Below, piece after piece: positions 24,243 to 37,754 of a stretch of 64,000 nucleotides of DNA. The notes under the pieces were generated by a model that saw nothing but the letters and a program-made list of their open reading frames with translations, did no database searches and was not told the origin of the DNA. Position 1 is the first letter of the stretch. Each line of letters starts with the position of its first letter. The position numbers were made by a program, and so were the translations under genes. The stretch is from assembly GCA_043228905.1 (NCBI GenBank), contig JBHGNT010000006.1:19716001-19780000 (forward strand). The letters run 5' to 3'. The stretch is from Azolla caroliniana. Lineage: Eukaryota; Plantae; Polypodiophyta.

Positions 24243-25670
24243 TGGCCTCTTCTTGCACGACTGCGACCTCTTCCTCCGTCCGAGTGTGAGTAAAGCATGT
24301 GGCCTTCCGAGGTGTTGCTCCTTGTTCGCACATGGTTTTCTTCGACCAACAACATGGATTGAAGATCGAAGAAGGAGGGTGGATTCTCCCGTGCTAATAC
24401 AGCGGTCCTCATTGTGTTGAACCATGATGCAAGGCCACCGAGGCATATTTGCACCATCTCATCATCGTCCACATTGACGCTTATCGAGCCGAGCGAGTCG
24501 CAAAGCTCCTTGATCTTCAAGGTGTAATCGGCCTCTTCTTGCACGACCGCGACCTCTTCCTCCATCCGAGTGTGAGTAAAGCATGTGGCCTTCCGAGGTG
24601 TTGCTCCTTGTTCGCACATGGTTTTCTTCGACCAACAACATGGATTGAAGATCGAAGAAGGAGGGTGGATTCTCCCGTGCTAATACGGAGGTCCTCATCG
24701 CGTTGAACCATGATGCAAGGCCACCGAGGCATATTTGCACCATCTCATCATCGTCCACATTGACGCTTATCGAGCCGAGCGAGTCGCAAAGCTCCTTGAT
24801 CTTCAAGGTGTAATCGGCCTCTTCTTGCACGACCGCGACCTCTTCCTCCGTCCGAGTGTGAGTAAAGCATGTGGCCTTCCGAGGTGTTGCTCCTTGTTCG
24901 CACATGGTTTTCTTCGACCAACAACATGGATTGAAGATCGAAGAAGGTGGGTGGATTCTCCTGTGCTAATACGGTGGTCCTCATCGCGTTGAACCATGAT
25001 GCAAGGCCACCGAGGCATATTTGCACCATCTCATCATCGTCCACATTGACGCTTATCGAGCCGAGCGAGTCGCAAAGCTCCTTGATCTTCAAGGTGTAAT
25101 CGGCCTCTTCTTGCACGACCGTGACCTCTTCCTCCATCCGAGTGTGAGTAAAGCATGTGGCCTTCCGAGGTGTTGCTCCTTGTTCGCACATGGTTTTCTT
25201 CGACCAACAACATGGATTGAAGATCGAAGAAGGTGGGTGGATTCTCCTGTGCTAATACGGCGGTCCTCATCGCGTTGAACCATGATGCAAGGCCACCGAG
25301 GCATATTTGCACCATCTCATCATCATCCACATTGACGCTTATTGAGCCGAGTGAGTCGCAAAGCTCCTTGATCTTCAAGGTGTAATCGGCCTCTTCTTGC
25401 ACGACCGCGACCTCTTCCTCCGTCCGAGTGTGAGTAAAGCATGTGGCCTTCCGAGGTGTTGCTCCTTGTTCGCACATGGTTTTCTTCGACCAACAACATG
25501 GATTGAAGATCGAAGAAGGTGGGTGGATTCTCCTGTGCTAATACGGTGGTCCTCATCGCGTTGAACCATGATGCAAGGCCACCGAGGCATATTTGCACCA
25601 TCTCATCATCGTCCACATTGACGCTTATCGAGCCAAGCGAGTCACAAAGCTCCTTGATCTTCAAGGTGTA
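24243..25670. repeat. 286-bp tandem amplification (5 copies) of a Copia gag segment
   Basis: TTGCACCATCTCATCATC recurs at 24449, 24735, 25021, 25307 and 25593; ORFs repeat with a 286-bp period. Confidence 0.95.
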
Positions 25671-26108
25671 GTTCGTGATGGACATATCCCTTTGTTGGAT
25701 GTTGTTCAACTCTTGGCGGAGTTGAACCTTTCTCACAGTTGTGTTGGCAGCGAAAATCTTTTGTAGATTCTCCCACGCTTCCTTTGGCATCTCGACTTCT
25801 TGAATGTACCCAGCCATGTGGTCATGAACACATGTCGCCAAGCAATACATCACTCGGCTTGCGGCTTGTGGCTTGCGTGACAAGCCCGAGAGCTCCCCGA
25901 CCGGCGGCTTGGCAGTAGACGACTGTTGCAACCTGAGCTACTTAGGTCGGGCTCGATGCCAGTATTGTATCTTCATCTTGTAATATATGTGTGGAGGGTT
26001 CTGCGTATAGGTGTCTATGTGGGTGTTTTGACGTCCTCTTACCTCCGTTTCTGTACATAAGGGCATCAGTTGGGTCGGCGTCGTGTGTGTGTGTGTGTGT
26101 GTGTGTGT

Positions 26109-26167
<59 letters not shown>

Positions 26168-26297
26168 CGGTTGCTTCCAGAACGCGTCCGGAATCTTCTT
26201 CTTGGCTTCCCTTCTTCCCTCGTCTGAGACCCCCGTGGTCCCACCCTTCTACACGCAACATCTTTGGTGAACCTGATGTGAAGGGCGGCAAGGGAGA

Positions 26298-27071
26298 ATG
26301 GAGCTGGAAGAAGATGACTTCGCGCAACTTTTTGTCGAAGTGGTGAGGGAGTTTGGACGGGCAACAGCAAGACGAGAGTCAGCGCAGCAAGCGATTGAGC
26401 GGGTGGTCGATCAAGTCAGCCGTTTCAATGGGGACAAGGTCCCATTTTACTTGGAAGCCTACAACGCGGAAATGGAAGTGCGTGGCGTAGACGAGGTGTT
26501 GAGGCTGGAGTTCTTCTGTCGGGTCATAGTTGTCCAGATGCATGCAGAAGTAAAGGAGCTCCGTGAGGCTCATAGTTCATTGGAGGCCTTCGAAGAGGCG
26601 CTCCTGAAGGCATACGGAGGGCAGCCGAAAGGCCGGGAAAGGCATGACTTCGACCAATGGATATCGTCGGCGAAGACCCACCGGGGCGCAATGAAGGCGT
26701 TCCGAGAGTATGAGCGGCGGCTTGCTCGGCTCCCAAAGCGGGAACAAGGTTTGGTGGGGGCTGACAAAGTCCTATTGTTCGTTAAGTCGATCGACCGAGC
26801 GGAACGGGAGGCCATCGGGATTGAGCTCGAAGAAGAGGACGGAGCGAATGGCCTCACCGAGGACTGGTCGAAGGTCGGAAGGGTGTGCCAACGGCTAGAT
26901 GACGAGCGAGCCGAGAAGGCTAAGAGGAAGGCGCGCGACGGCATGCCATCACAACGGGAAGAGGCCGAATGGCAAAGAGAGTCGGCAAGGGTCGGCGTTG
27001 GGGCCAGGATTGCGGAAGCGTACGAGGCTCTGAAGGTGAAGGTCGAAGAAGAAGAAAGATACGGCACGTAG
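26298..27071 (+). CDS. Retrotransposon Gag-like protein (257 aa ORF)
   Basis: Homologous to gag at 3486..4145 and 31800-32612 (RFNG, KTHR, DKVLLFVKSIDR, EDGANGL..DW). Confidence 0.75.
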   Translation: MELEEDDFAQLFVEVVREFGRATARRESAQQAIERVVDQVSRFNGDKVPFYLEAYNAEMEVRGVDEVLRLEFFCRVIVVQMHAEVKELREAHSSLEAFEEALLKAYGGQPKGRERHDFDQWISSAKTHRGAMKAFREYERRLARLPKREQGLVGADKVLLFVKSIDRAEREAIGIELEEEDGANGLTEDWSKVGRVCQRLDDERAEKAKRKARDGMPSQREEAEWQRESARVGVGARIAEAYEALKVKVEEEERYGT

Positions 27072-27946
27072 TCGGATTCCGGAGACCCAGGGCTAGTCGG
27101 CCTTCCGGGCGAGGCAGACATGGCCCAGGCAAAGGCCGAGGGAGGGTACCACGGTACCACGGGAGAGGGTGAGGAACAAGATGCCCTCTCGACTTGTGGA
27201 GAATTGCCGACCGAGGACAAGGTCGGGAGCGGAGAAGAGCCCTCCACGCGGATTCTGAAGACTCCAGTGGTCAAACCCGTGTGCCGACATGAGACCGGAG
27301 AGAAGGAAGGCGCCGACGAGTAGTCCTGGCACGATGCCAGCAAAGAGGGATGGGAAACGGCCTGCGAGGAAGCCAAGGACAGAGGCGGCACGGAAAGATC
27401 GGCATTCCGATTCGGATGGAGCATGATCCGAATGTGGATGACTCGACCGAAACCGGCCCAAGGCGCGAAAGACCAGGGACGGGTTATAGAGTCCGATCGG
27501 TAGGGCTCGGTTTGGTACAATAGTGCCGGCGCGGAAGAGGGTGCGAAACAAATCACCCTCTTTTACATGAGGACACAAGCCGGCCAGGTGAAGGTCGCAA
27601 ATCGGGAAGCTAGCGATCGAGGTTGCGGAGAGAAACCGGCAAGTTTCGGACACCGTTGCCCGAAACTCCGGACATTGGAGAATCAAGTGCAGGCGGCACT
27701 TGATCGATCGAAGTCCAGATGCTTCTCACCAAACGTGCTTGGGGAGCGGTACCCCAAACGAGCGTCCGCAAATCATTACGGGACGGAAACTCCACGTCTT
27801 ATCCAGAGACTCAGGCAGCCAACAACGAGTGTCGGCGTGAGACCTGGAGAGATGGGAGATGGAGGCGGGTACGCGAGAAGGAGAGCAACGACGAGTTCGG
27901 GAGAAGTACAAAGGATGAAGAGGAGAACGAAGACCGGTCCTACGGA

Positions 27947-29311
27947 GATCCCCACACTGATCCGGCTGTCGGCCCGAGTGCCGGCGTGAGTCCTATAGGA
28001 GAGATCGGTGGCGACAGGAGAACGGGACCCAACAATCCAGAGAATGATGGACGAGAACCGGGTGGAGCGGACTTCCGGATAACCATTCCGGGAGGGAGGA
28101 AGAGGAGGCCTACGAAGACGCCAGGGACACGGTACGTCAGTACCACGGGAGAGGGTGTGGAGCGAGCCACCCTTTCGGCTTGCGAAAGAAGGAAGACCCA
28201 GGATAAGGGTCAGAGATACGACGAGCCCGAGGAGGATCCTTCACACCAGTTCTAGAGACTCCGGCGGTCGGCCCGAGAGCCGGCGTGAGGCCTAGAGTGA
28301 TGATCGGTGGCGGCGAGGGGACGAAGGCAAAGAACTGCGGAATGGGCGGTTTGCGAAGATCCTCACACCGATCCGGCTGTCGGCCCGAGTGCCGGCGTGA
28401 GTCCTATAGGAGAGATCGGTGGCGGCAGGTGAACGCGACCAGCCGAAGAGGCCAATGCGGAGGATGGAGGAGACAAGCGGCGGTGCCGCGACCTTACACA
28501 CACCGGCCCTAAAGGCTCCAATGGTTGGCCCGAGTGCCGGCGTGAGACCTAGAGCGACAGGCGGTGGTGGCGGCAAGGCGGGCAAACCGAGGTCCCACGA
28601 AGATCCTCACACCGATCCGGCTATTGGCCCGAGTGCCGGCGTGAGTCCTATAGGAGAGGACGGTGGCGGTAGGTGAACGTGATCGGACGACGGAAGCATA
28701 GAAAGAAGGTATCAGGCCGATTCGGTTCGTAGCCACTTCGCCGGCCTCACACCGAACTGCCAGAGTCTCCGAATTTCGGCAAGCAGAGAAACGGAGTCCG
28801 GTCCTATGGGACTCTCACACCGATCCGGAGACTCTGGCAGTTCGGCCAACGTGGCAACGTGAGACCTAGGGAGAAGGACGGTGGCGGCAGGGAACGGGAC
28901 CCAGCGACACGAGATAGCGGATCGGGAGTCGGTAAGATGGAGGCGGACGAAGTGCGAAACCCTTACCGGCCAGTTACAGTTTCGGAAGGAGCCGGTAGGG
29001 CAAACACGGGGAGGTGTGTCGGGCCGGAAAGGCACACCTGGGATGGAACAAGAGTCTCGCAAGTGGCCATCGCGGGCCGGATCGAAGCGTGACTACGAGA
29101 CGGTGTTCAACACGGGCGGTGCTAAACAAAGGAAGCAGAACGCGGCACACGGAGGTGTCGAAGCAGAAAGGCGAGCACGAAGAATAGGTTTCACGGTTTG
29201 GAGGTCGCACGTAGAAGACCGGAGAAGGATCCTCCACACCGTTCCGAAGTCCTTGGCGGTCCGAGCCAACGTGACGACGTAAGACCAAGGAGAAGGAAGG
29301 TGGCGGTGAGG
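27947..29311 (+). repeat. Seven interspersed ~70-85 bp repeats (GATCCTCACACCGATCCGGCTGTCGGCCCGAGTGCCGGCGTGAG...GGTGGCGG) with variable spacers
   Basis: Copies at about 27947, 28235, 28358, 28490, 28602, 28810 and 29228. Confidence 0.8.
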
Positions 29312-30340
29312 GGACGAAGGCAGTGGGAAACAACGTGGGACGACAATCAGGACCACACGAACAGTCGACGAAGGCCAAGCAAGCCACTACGGGCGTTCCT
29401 CAAGCGGAGGACATCGGGCATGCGGCGGAGAGCGGAGCATGCATACGGCCGACTAAGGGCCAGCGGAAGTACGCGTACTACGGAGATCGCGGCGAAGGAC
29501 CCATCGACGGGTCGAACAAGCCTACGGGGAGGTAAGCGCGAAGGAAGAACCGAAGCCGACAATTCAAACCGGCAGCGAGCCAGGATGCGGATTACGGAAG
29601 ACCGGTTTCTCACCGGCCGAAATCTCTCACCCTTCACCGGATTTGGCACATACTGGTGGATGTGCGGTTTGGTGGGGGTAGATGTCGTGAAGAATTTCGG
29701 CCAGAGGCGGAAACCGGGAAATATTGGCTACATCGGCGGGGTGCAACGTGTGCGCTCACCCTTGTACATTTAGTGTGAATAACGAGGGCACCTTTATGGC
29801 GCCGAAGGGTAATCAAGTCGGGACAAGAATCCCATGTAATAAGGGATTTATCCCATGATGCCACGGATCCCTCTCCTTGTTCTATAAAAGGAAGGGAGCG
29901 ACCTTGATGAAGGGGTTGCCCATTTTTGCATTCGTAGGGTATACCGTTGGATTAAGAGACATCATCTCTTTCTCTTCCTCTTGTTTTAGGGTTTCGTTTC
30001 TTCTTCTTTCCTTTGCTTCTTCCTCTTCGTCGTTCTGTGTATCGAGCCGGGACTTCTAGTGTTTATGTTTGTTGCCCCGTCCCCTATGCAAGACCCCGCT
30101 CGGCGCGACAAGCCCGAGAGCTCCCCGACCGGCGACTTGGCAGTAGACGATTGTTGCAACCTGAGCTACTTAGGTCGGGCTCGATGCCAGTATTGTATCT
30201 TCATCTTGTAATATATGTGTGGAGGGTTCTACATATCGGTGTTTGTGTGGGTGTTTTCGTGTCCTCTTACCTTCGTTTCTGTACATAAGGGCATGAGTTG
30301 GGTCGGCGTCGTGTGTGTGTGTGTGTGAGTTAGTGTCAAG

Positions 30341-30386
<46 letters not shown>

Positions 30387-31267
30387 CAGTTGCTTCCGGA
30401 ACGCATCTGGAATCGTCTTCTCGGCTTCCCTTCTTCCCTCATCTGAGACCCCCGTGGTCCCGCCCTTCTACACGCACGCGCGTAATAACGCGACAGCGTA
30501 GTCGGCATCTTTCGGTTCAGGTCGGTTTTCTTATGCTCCTTTGATGTAACCCCAATAGCCTTGGCCGACAAGGTATTGGTGCATCTTGTACTCCCAAGAT
30601 GCAAAGTTGTTTCGATCTAGCTTCTCGCTAGGGAGAGCACTCCCCATTTGAGTATTCATTGTCGATGAAGATTTCTTCCTTCTTTTCTTTTCCTTCTCTC
30701 TTGAATACGAGCTATGTCGTCGCACTACGATAGCGATGGACCGGTTCTTATCGAACGTCGGCGTAGAACACAACACACGCGGATGGGCTAGATCGAGCTA
30801 CCAAACCGCTCTGATACCATGTAAAGAATCAGGTATGATTCGTGTGTAGCAGAAGAGATGTGTGTTATGTATATGTGTGAGAGGAATTAGAGGAGAGAAG
30901 AGAGAACACAAGATAGATAGAAAAAGGAATACTCAAGAAGGTGTATATTCACAAGTAGAATAGGAAATACAAAATGTAGCATTACAAGGAGTCACAACCG
31001 ACTTAGTATGAAGTATGAGGAGGGTGCTTTACATATAGTCACCCTCTCTCTTCATTAACTAACTACAACAACCATTCTCTCTTGGGGAATGTGAAGACTC
31101 ATAGTCATGGGGAATATGTAACTCATTAGTTATGTGTCATAGAATATGATTCTATGACACATAGTTAATGTGTAGAGAGTAGTGGTGTGACTCTTGACCT
31201 TTGAGTAATCATAGATTCTCAAAAGGTGTGTTCACACATTTCACTATGTTGGGCTTGATTCTCAACA

Positions 31268-33667
31268 CTTCTGCATCTTCTTTCTTTTCTGCGCTCCTTG
31301 TTTCATGTCTTTTTGATGGGCTATCTTGCCCTTCCATTCTTTTTCTCTTTTCATCCACGAACACCTCGTAGTTGTCACACATCACTTCCGCGAGTATGGT
31401 GTTGTCATCTACCAAATCCGACCATCCGGTGATACTTTGTACACTTCGGTCCGCAAGCTCTACATCGTCTGAAGTAACTTTGCCCTTCTTCTTACACTCG
31501 AGAACAGAAGACCAAAACTTTGTTCCCATTCTAGTAGCTTCATTTTTATCTTTCCCGACTCTTAATCCGGCCGATGTAGCATAGTGCATCACATCCACAT
31601 GAGTCGCCTCAGCATCTTCCATAGCTTTCTTCATTCCCCCTCTTCCGAAATTCACCCGCAGGGGTCTTCGAGTTTCACTCGAGCAGATCATGTTGTCATC
31701 CATGTATACAATATTTTGTCAGATGGCCTCTCGAAGGCTCACGCACTCCCTTCTCATGTGATCCATGTTGTCACACCACACACATCTAAAGGGTTCTTTT
31801 CATTTCGGGCCCCGATGATTCATGTTCGCCAACGTGACCGTCTCGAACTTCTTCGCTAGTTCTTCGATGTTGTCATCATCGATCTTCTTTTCTTCCAGGT
31901 TTCTTTGTTTGGGCGGCTCAGCCACTTTTGGTTGTCTCGTTTTCTCCCCGCTCAATCCTGCCAAGTCAGTGTCATCAACCCATTGACGACGCTTGTCAAG
32001 CCTGTTGCACGCTATCTTCACCGCAATCCAGTCTACCACAAGTTCGTTCGCTTGGGTGTCATCTTCGAGGAGAGTCCCCAATTCTCTTCTATCCTTCATA
32101 TCCACAGCTTTCAGGAAGTACAAAGTCTTGTCCTCCTCAAGTAGCACTTGGTCCATGGCGGGGAGACGACGAAACATTTAGTCGAACTCATCGTACACCC
32201 TCGAAGCACTCATCCTCTTATTTTTCTTCTCTATCCACTTCATCAAGACATGTCGAGTCATCCTCGACAAATCTTCCATCACGAACTCCACTAATACTGC
32301 TTTCTCGAACTCCGACCACGTTGTCTTCCCTTCTTGGATCTCGATGACCCACCTTTGAACGTTGTTTGCGACAACTCGCTTAAAACTTGAGATTTGATGT
32401 GCTTCAGACACGTTCCTCTGATTCATCTCCCTTTTGTATGCATCAAGGAACTTCGTAATGTTCCTTCCATCAAATTGACCCTCGACCTCCACAACATGGT
32501 CGACAGCCTTGTCCACGCTCGCATCGTTGTCCCGAGATCTCATCATTTGTTCGAAGATTATCATCATTCTTTCGAACTCTCCCGCTTGATTGCTTGAGGA
32601 TGCCATCTCCAAGTTTGGTCAATCCTCGTCTTGATCCTTCCTACCGCTTCTTCACGTCGGGTTCACCAAGAAAGATGTCGTGGAAATCCTCGCGTGTTTG
32701 CGAAATGAAGCGGGACCACAGGGTTCCTGGACCAGAAGGATTCAAAGGTTGTACTAGCTTTAGTGAGAAAGTATTTAAGCTAGATTGAGAGAGATTGAGA
32801 GATGGAGATTCCAATTACGACACAGATTGAGAGGGAGAGAGAGATTGAGAATGAACCGTTGACTTCAATGTTTAGAGACAAGATACATCACCAATAAGAT
32901 AACTAGATTTTCTTAATTCAGTACATAGCTTGTTTGATCCTTTGATTGATTGATTCCCCTCTTTTCTTTTTCCTCTACTCTTTTATAGATGCCGCCATGC
33001 ATATGATGCATGTGAAGGTTTGCAAGACATGCATACAATGCATGAAATCCATGAGATGCATGTTTGCTATTTGGCGCTCATGCATTACATGTGATACATG
33101 ATAACCATGTCACTCATGCAAGCTCTCATGTATGAGAATTTACATATGAAAAAGTATAATGATGAAAATACAACTTTTAAAGAAATGACTTGGCTTTGTG
33201 GTAAGTCAATTGTGTTATGTAAGATTGTCCCTCGTGGGGGAGTCGGCTGGCCAAAATCGGTCAAAAAACCGAAACAAGAGTCGGTTGACCGAAATCAACC
33301 GAAAAACCCGAAACAAGAGTCGGCTTCCGAAATCGGTCAGAAAGCCGAAACAAGAGTCGGTTGGCCAAAATCGACCGAAAAGCCGAAATGGGAGTCGGCT
33401 GCCGAAATCGGTCAGAAAGCCGAAACAAAAGTCGGTTGGCCAAAATTGACCGGAAAGCCGAAACAAACACACATATATATACATATATACATAGACATAT
33501 ATATATGTAAGCTAAGTGAGTCTTTATATAGAGAGAGTCATGTTAGCTGCATATGTATGTGGGATAACTCACTGAAAAGAAAACAATGAGAGAAGCTTGA
33601 AAGTGAACCCTTCTCGGTTTTCTCCTTTCCACATGATTTTCACACCGTTGCCAAAAATTTCACAACA
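31268..33667 (-). mobile_element. Gypsy element H, 5' part: LTR 32676-33667, tRNA-Trp PBS 32652-32668, decayed gag 31268-32612
   Basis: PBS TGGTGAACCCGACGTGA; termini TGTTGTG...CACGACA; gag ORFs 32178..32612, 31800..32177 and 31209..31703; inserted in the integrase of Copia F and interrupted by Copia G. Confidence 0.9.
33240..33466. repeat. 38-bp tandem repeat, 6 copies, in the LTR (GAGTCGGYTGGCCAAAATCGGTCAGAAAGCCGAAACAA)
   Basis: Directly visible periodic repeat. Confidence 0.9.
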
Positions 33668-36600
33668 ACATCACCACTCCAAATCAATTTCCAGTTCTCT
33701 AGGTCCCATAGTCGATATCCAAATTCCCCATCGGTTCCATAACCAAGAAATATGCACTTTGTTGCATGGGGTGCCAACTTGGTCCTTTTTTCCCTAGGGA
33801 TAAAAGCATAGGCTTCGCATTCAAATATACGAAGTCTGTCATAGGTCGGCTCTTTGCCTGATCATAGTGCCTATGGCACTTCGAGCTTGATTGCTTTCGA
33901 AGGTGATAGATTTATCAAGTAAATTGTCGTCTACAATGCTTCGGCCCAAAACTCCAGCTTGCTAGAGCATTGTCGTCGCCCTCTCTTGGATCGTTCAGCC
34001 ACTCCGTTCTGCATGGACGTGTATGGAATGGTCTTTTGATGTTTGATCCCTTTTTCGGATAGGTATTGTTTGAAGGCTCAGGAGGTGTATTCACCTTCGT
34101 TGTCAGATCTGAGTGTCTTCACTCTATATCCTGATCGGTTCTCCACTTCAGTTGTCCACTGAGTGAAGACCTCGAGCACTTCATCTTTTGACCTAATCGA
34201 ATAGGCCCAAACCTTCCATGTACAATCATCTACAAATGTGATCGTTCAGGCATAGGCCCACATATATCTGTGTGCATGAGCTCTAGGGGTTGTTGTATCA
34301 TCTCATAGTGGAGAGAGTGTGGACTTCGGGTCTGTTTCACGTATCGACAATGCTCGTAGAAGTCCGTCTTCTCTAGGAGTTTAGGAAGGTAGCCGATCGC
34401 CATTAGCCGGTCAAGTCCGGCTTGTGAGATATGGCCGAGTCGGCCATGCCATAGGTTTGGGTCAGTCATTTCGGCTACGTTCACAACTCCTTCTGGATTG
34501 ATTGCCATTATTGGATACAAGTTGTTGTGCTTGTGTCCGCTTTCGATATTCAGATTTCCTCGGTTGATCATCCATGTCGACTCATTGAGGGACGTTTGGT
34601 ACCCATCTTCTGCTAACATGTCGATAGAGACCAGACTCCTTTTTAGTGCGAGCACATGCCGAACTTGGTACATGGTGATTTTGTTTCCATTTGGCAATCG
34701 AATGGGGACCTCTTTGATCCCTACAATTATACACTCTTGCCCGTTGTGGAGTCGGACGGTGCCGCTAGCGTCGGCCAAATAGTTCGAAACCCATTTGATG
34801 TTCGTGGCTACGTGGAATGTGGCACCAGAATCCAACAACCACATATGTGCGTCTTGGGCACCATAGAGGACTTCTCCGATTATCGAGTCCTCTAAGGAGA
34901 GGATTTCTCCTGATCGAGTTTTGGCAACATTGACTTGGTTGCCGACTGGAGAGTGGTTTAAGTTGGATCATCCTCGATTCCACTCAAATCGTCCACCACT
35001 CTCTTTCCTCTTGATCGACCAGTAGTCGAAAACGTTGTGGCCGGCTTTTTTGCAATGAGTGCAAAAATCTCTTGCTCGGCTATTTCTCGACTTCAACCAT
35101 TGTCGGCCTCCCCTCATTCTCGATTGACTATGATTTCGACTAGTTCTGTCAGCTTGTTCTCTCGATCGACTGGATCGGTCGATCGACTCGGTCAAGTGAT
35201 GGGCTTCTGCCGACTCGTTGATGGTGAGTCCCATCGATTTTTGCCGAATATCCTCAACGAGGATTTGACAATTGCTTCATTCAGGTTCAGCCTAGGATTA
35301 TTGTTGGTGAACGTCGTGCAAAATACCTCCCAACTCACTAGCAAGCTCGATAGGAGGGCAAGGGCTTTCACTTCTTCTTCAAAGTTAATCCCTTGGGAGG
35401 AGAGTTCAAACAACACCCGATTGAAGGTGTTGATGTGGGAGGTAGTTGGATCGGTTTCTCTCATATTCATGTTAAACAGTTTTCTGATCAGTATCAATTT
35501 CGAAGATGAGGACATCTTTTCGTACACTGCCTACAGCTTCTCCCATAACGGGAATGTTGTCGTCTCCTTGGCCATGCTAAAGTAGACGGTTTTGGCCAGA
35601 TGCATTCGAATGGTGGAGAGCGCGATTTCGTCTATCGATCTCCACTCTTCGGCTATTATCGAAGTAGGTTTCTCACTGTGACGAATGGCTTCAACCTGTC
35701 TTCTGATTATCAAAACGTCTTGCATCATCTCCTTCCACAAGGCAAAGTTTTTGCCATTGAACTTTCGGATTTCAACTCTTGTACCGGATGTTGAAGCCAT
35801 GTTTTTTTTTTTTAATAAGATTTTAACTGACCTTGTCTTTTCTTTCAACTTTCTCTTTTGTTTTGTTGCCGATGAACAACAAGTTGCTTTGATACCACTT
35901 GATGGATATGGTGTTCTGTAGAAGCGTGTGAGGACCTGTAGGCTATGTGCACATCAAACAACACAAAGACTATGACAGAAGAAATAGATGGAAACATGGA
36001 CACAGTTTGAAGCTCTAATGGAAGCTCTTGTTGTTTTGTAATTGTTACACTCTCAGAGACTCAAGATATAAGAAGATTCTCATTACAATATTAGGGTTGA
36101 GCTTATATACTCAAGCCCTAGCTCAGGGACGTGTTCACACTTAGGATACAAAGTGGAGGGAGTCGGCCTTTTATGCCAACAATGCCTATATTTATAATAA
36201 TAAAAATTATTGCCCTAATTAAATAGAGAACTATTATATAAGAAACATATAAGTGGTCTCAAATAAGTATATAATTACTCAGTTAAAGACATGTATATCT
36301 CGATTAATTAGTGGGAAAATGCTACATACATTAAAGTGTCTCTTAGTGGATGCAAATAGGAGAGAATAAGAACCTAAAGGTAGCCGCAAACTTAGGGTAC
36401 CCAAATGCCCTTGAGAGCTCTTGAACTTTTGTATTGGAAGGTATAAAAGGTCCCTTTCACATTACAAATACATTGATATTAATCATTCCTACCTAATAAA
36501 GGATAATTACCCACAATTACAATATACCGTGTTTCTTGCATACATTTGGCTAATGAAAAATATTTTAAATTGGAAACATTAAGTCTTATAGGGTTATCAA

Positions 36601-37702
36601 AACTAAACAACGTGATGTTATTTCCCTTAAGAGCAACCTCTTGTGACTTTTTAAAGACAACCATGTATGCGGGCTTGTTTGTTTAATCAACAAAAATTAG
36701 AAATTGTCATGAAAAAAGCTTGATGTTTTTCTTTATCTTGTTATTGATGAATACATTCTGATATCAAATTTCGTCAATCTATCATTTGACATACCTAAGA
36801 ACGTGACTTTGTGCCAGGGAGGGTTTCCCAAGGGCAAGACACATGGCACAAACTACTTTAAAAGTGACGTAGTCATCCGCATACAACTTGTTTTTTCCCA
36901 TTGTGATACAAATCATGCATGATGAATAACAATGCATATGTTCGTGAAGATTGTTCTAGGATATGCATGTGTGTGTCACGTCGTGTGCAATGACAAGGAA
37001 GTTTTAACCTATGTGGACAAGCATGTACAAGTGTTGAATAACACGTGCATTAAAGAGGTGATATATTGCATGATATGGTGAAAATCGAGTGATCTTTATT
37101 GTATGTTCATATGATGTCACACATGTTCTACACATCACAATTTAATTTGGTCTATCATCATTGGCAAAGTTCTTGCTTGCTTGTGCAAGGGCAAACCATC
37201 TTCATAAAAAGTCTAATACTAATGTGGATATTGTTAAATGGTTTATATGTATTTTGATTGGAAGTTTTAACGATGCATTATGTCTTTTCCATTGATGGTT
37301 TTTCCTCTTAAAGTGCCAAGCATGTAAATTTAGATTGATTTGGAATATGAAAGCAAAAAATGCATCTCGATAATCATATATGTTCATGAGTTTCAAAACT
37401 CGATTGTTCTTACGCTTGTCAATGTGTTATCCCTCTTGATGATCGAGTAGAATCACAAATAAAATGAAGTTGATTAAAATATATATTTTTATATGAACAA
37501 AACCTTTTTATGATGCTTCTTTTACTCACATTTAAAGTAAATGAGGCGTTTTCTTTCATTCAACTAAACTCGACCTTCAATCTTCTCCAACTAGTTTAAT
37601 TATATCTTAAACACGCTCTTTTTATGATGTGTTTGTGTTTGTCCAACGAAACCAATTCTCCAACTCCCCTCAATCACATTATTAACCATGTACATACATG
37701 CA

Positions 37703-37754
<52 letters not shown>

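Larger units (their letters stand above)
25879..30495 (+). mobile_element. Non-autonomous gag-only Gypsy element; truncated 5' LTR ~25879-26260, tRNA-Trp-like PBS 26265-26281, 3' LTR 29683-30495
   Basis: Direct repeat 25879-26256 vs ~30107-30475; PPT GGTTTGGTGGGGGTAGA; no PR/RT/INT motifs seen between gag and PPT. Confidence 0.85.
23526..31267 (-). mobile_element. Ty1/Copia element G, 5' part (LTR 30820-31267, PBS 30808-30819, gag-PR-INT start)
   Basis: gag MGSALPSEKLDRNNFASWEYKMHQYL; DPGASNHMT protease; SDVWGP integrase; same family as the elements at 54803 and 56295. Confidence 0.9.
22805..36181 (-). mobile_element. Ty1/Copia element F hosting three or four nested insertions; 5' LTR 35900-36181, truncated 3' LTR 22805-~22992; TSD ATGCC
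   Basis: ATGCC at 22800-22804 and 36182-36186; PBS 35886-35897; gag/PR/INT at 33668-35800; RT fragment 22993-23400 fused directly to the LTR. Confidence 0.9.

Noticed and set aside
25942-26370. RE/SL-repeat ORFs here and at 16235, 50618 and 60078
   Set aside because: Translations of (AG)n/(GT)n microsatellites in LTRs or introns
26570-27556. 328-aa antisense ORF
   Set aside because: Shadow frame of GC-rich gag sequence with no recognisable domain
27947-29311. CRISPR-like repeat-spacer pattern
   Set aside because: Repeats are 70-85 bp and degenerate, spacer lengths vary widely, there are no cas genes, and the region lies inside a plant LTR element
33098-33589. 163-aa repetitive ORF
   Set aside because: Translation of the 38-bp LTR tandem repeat
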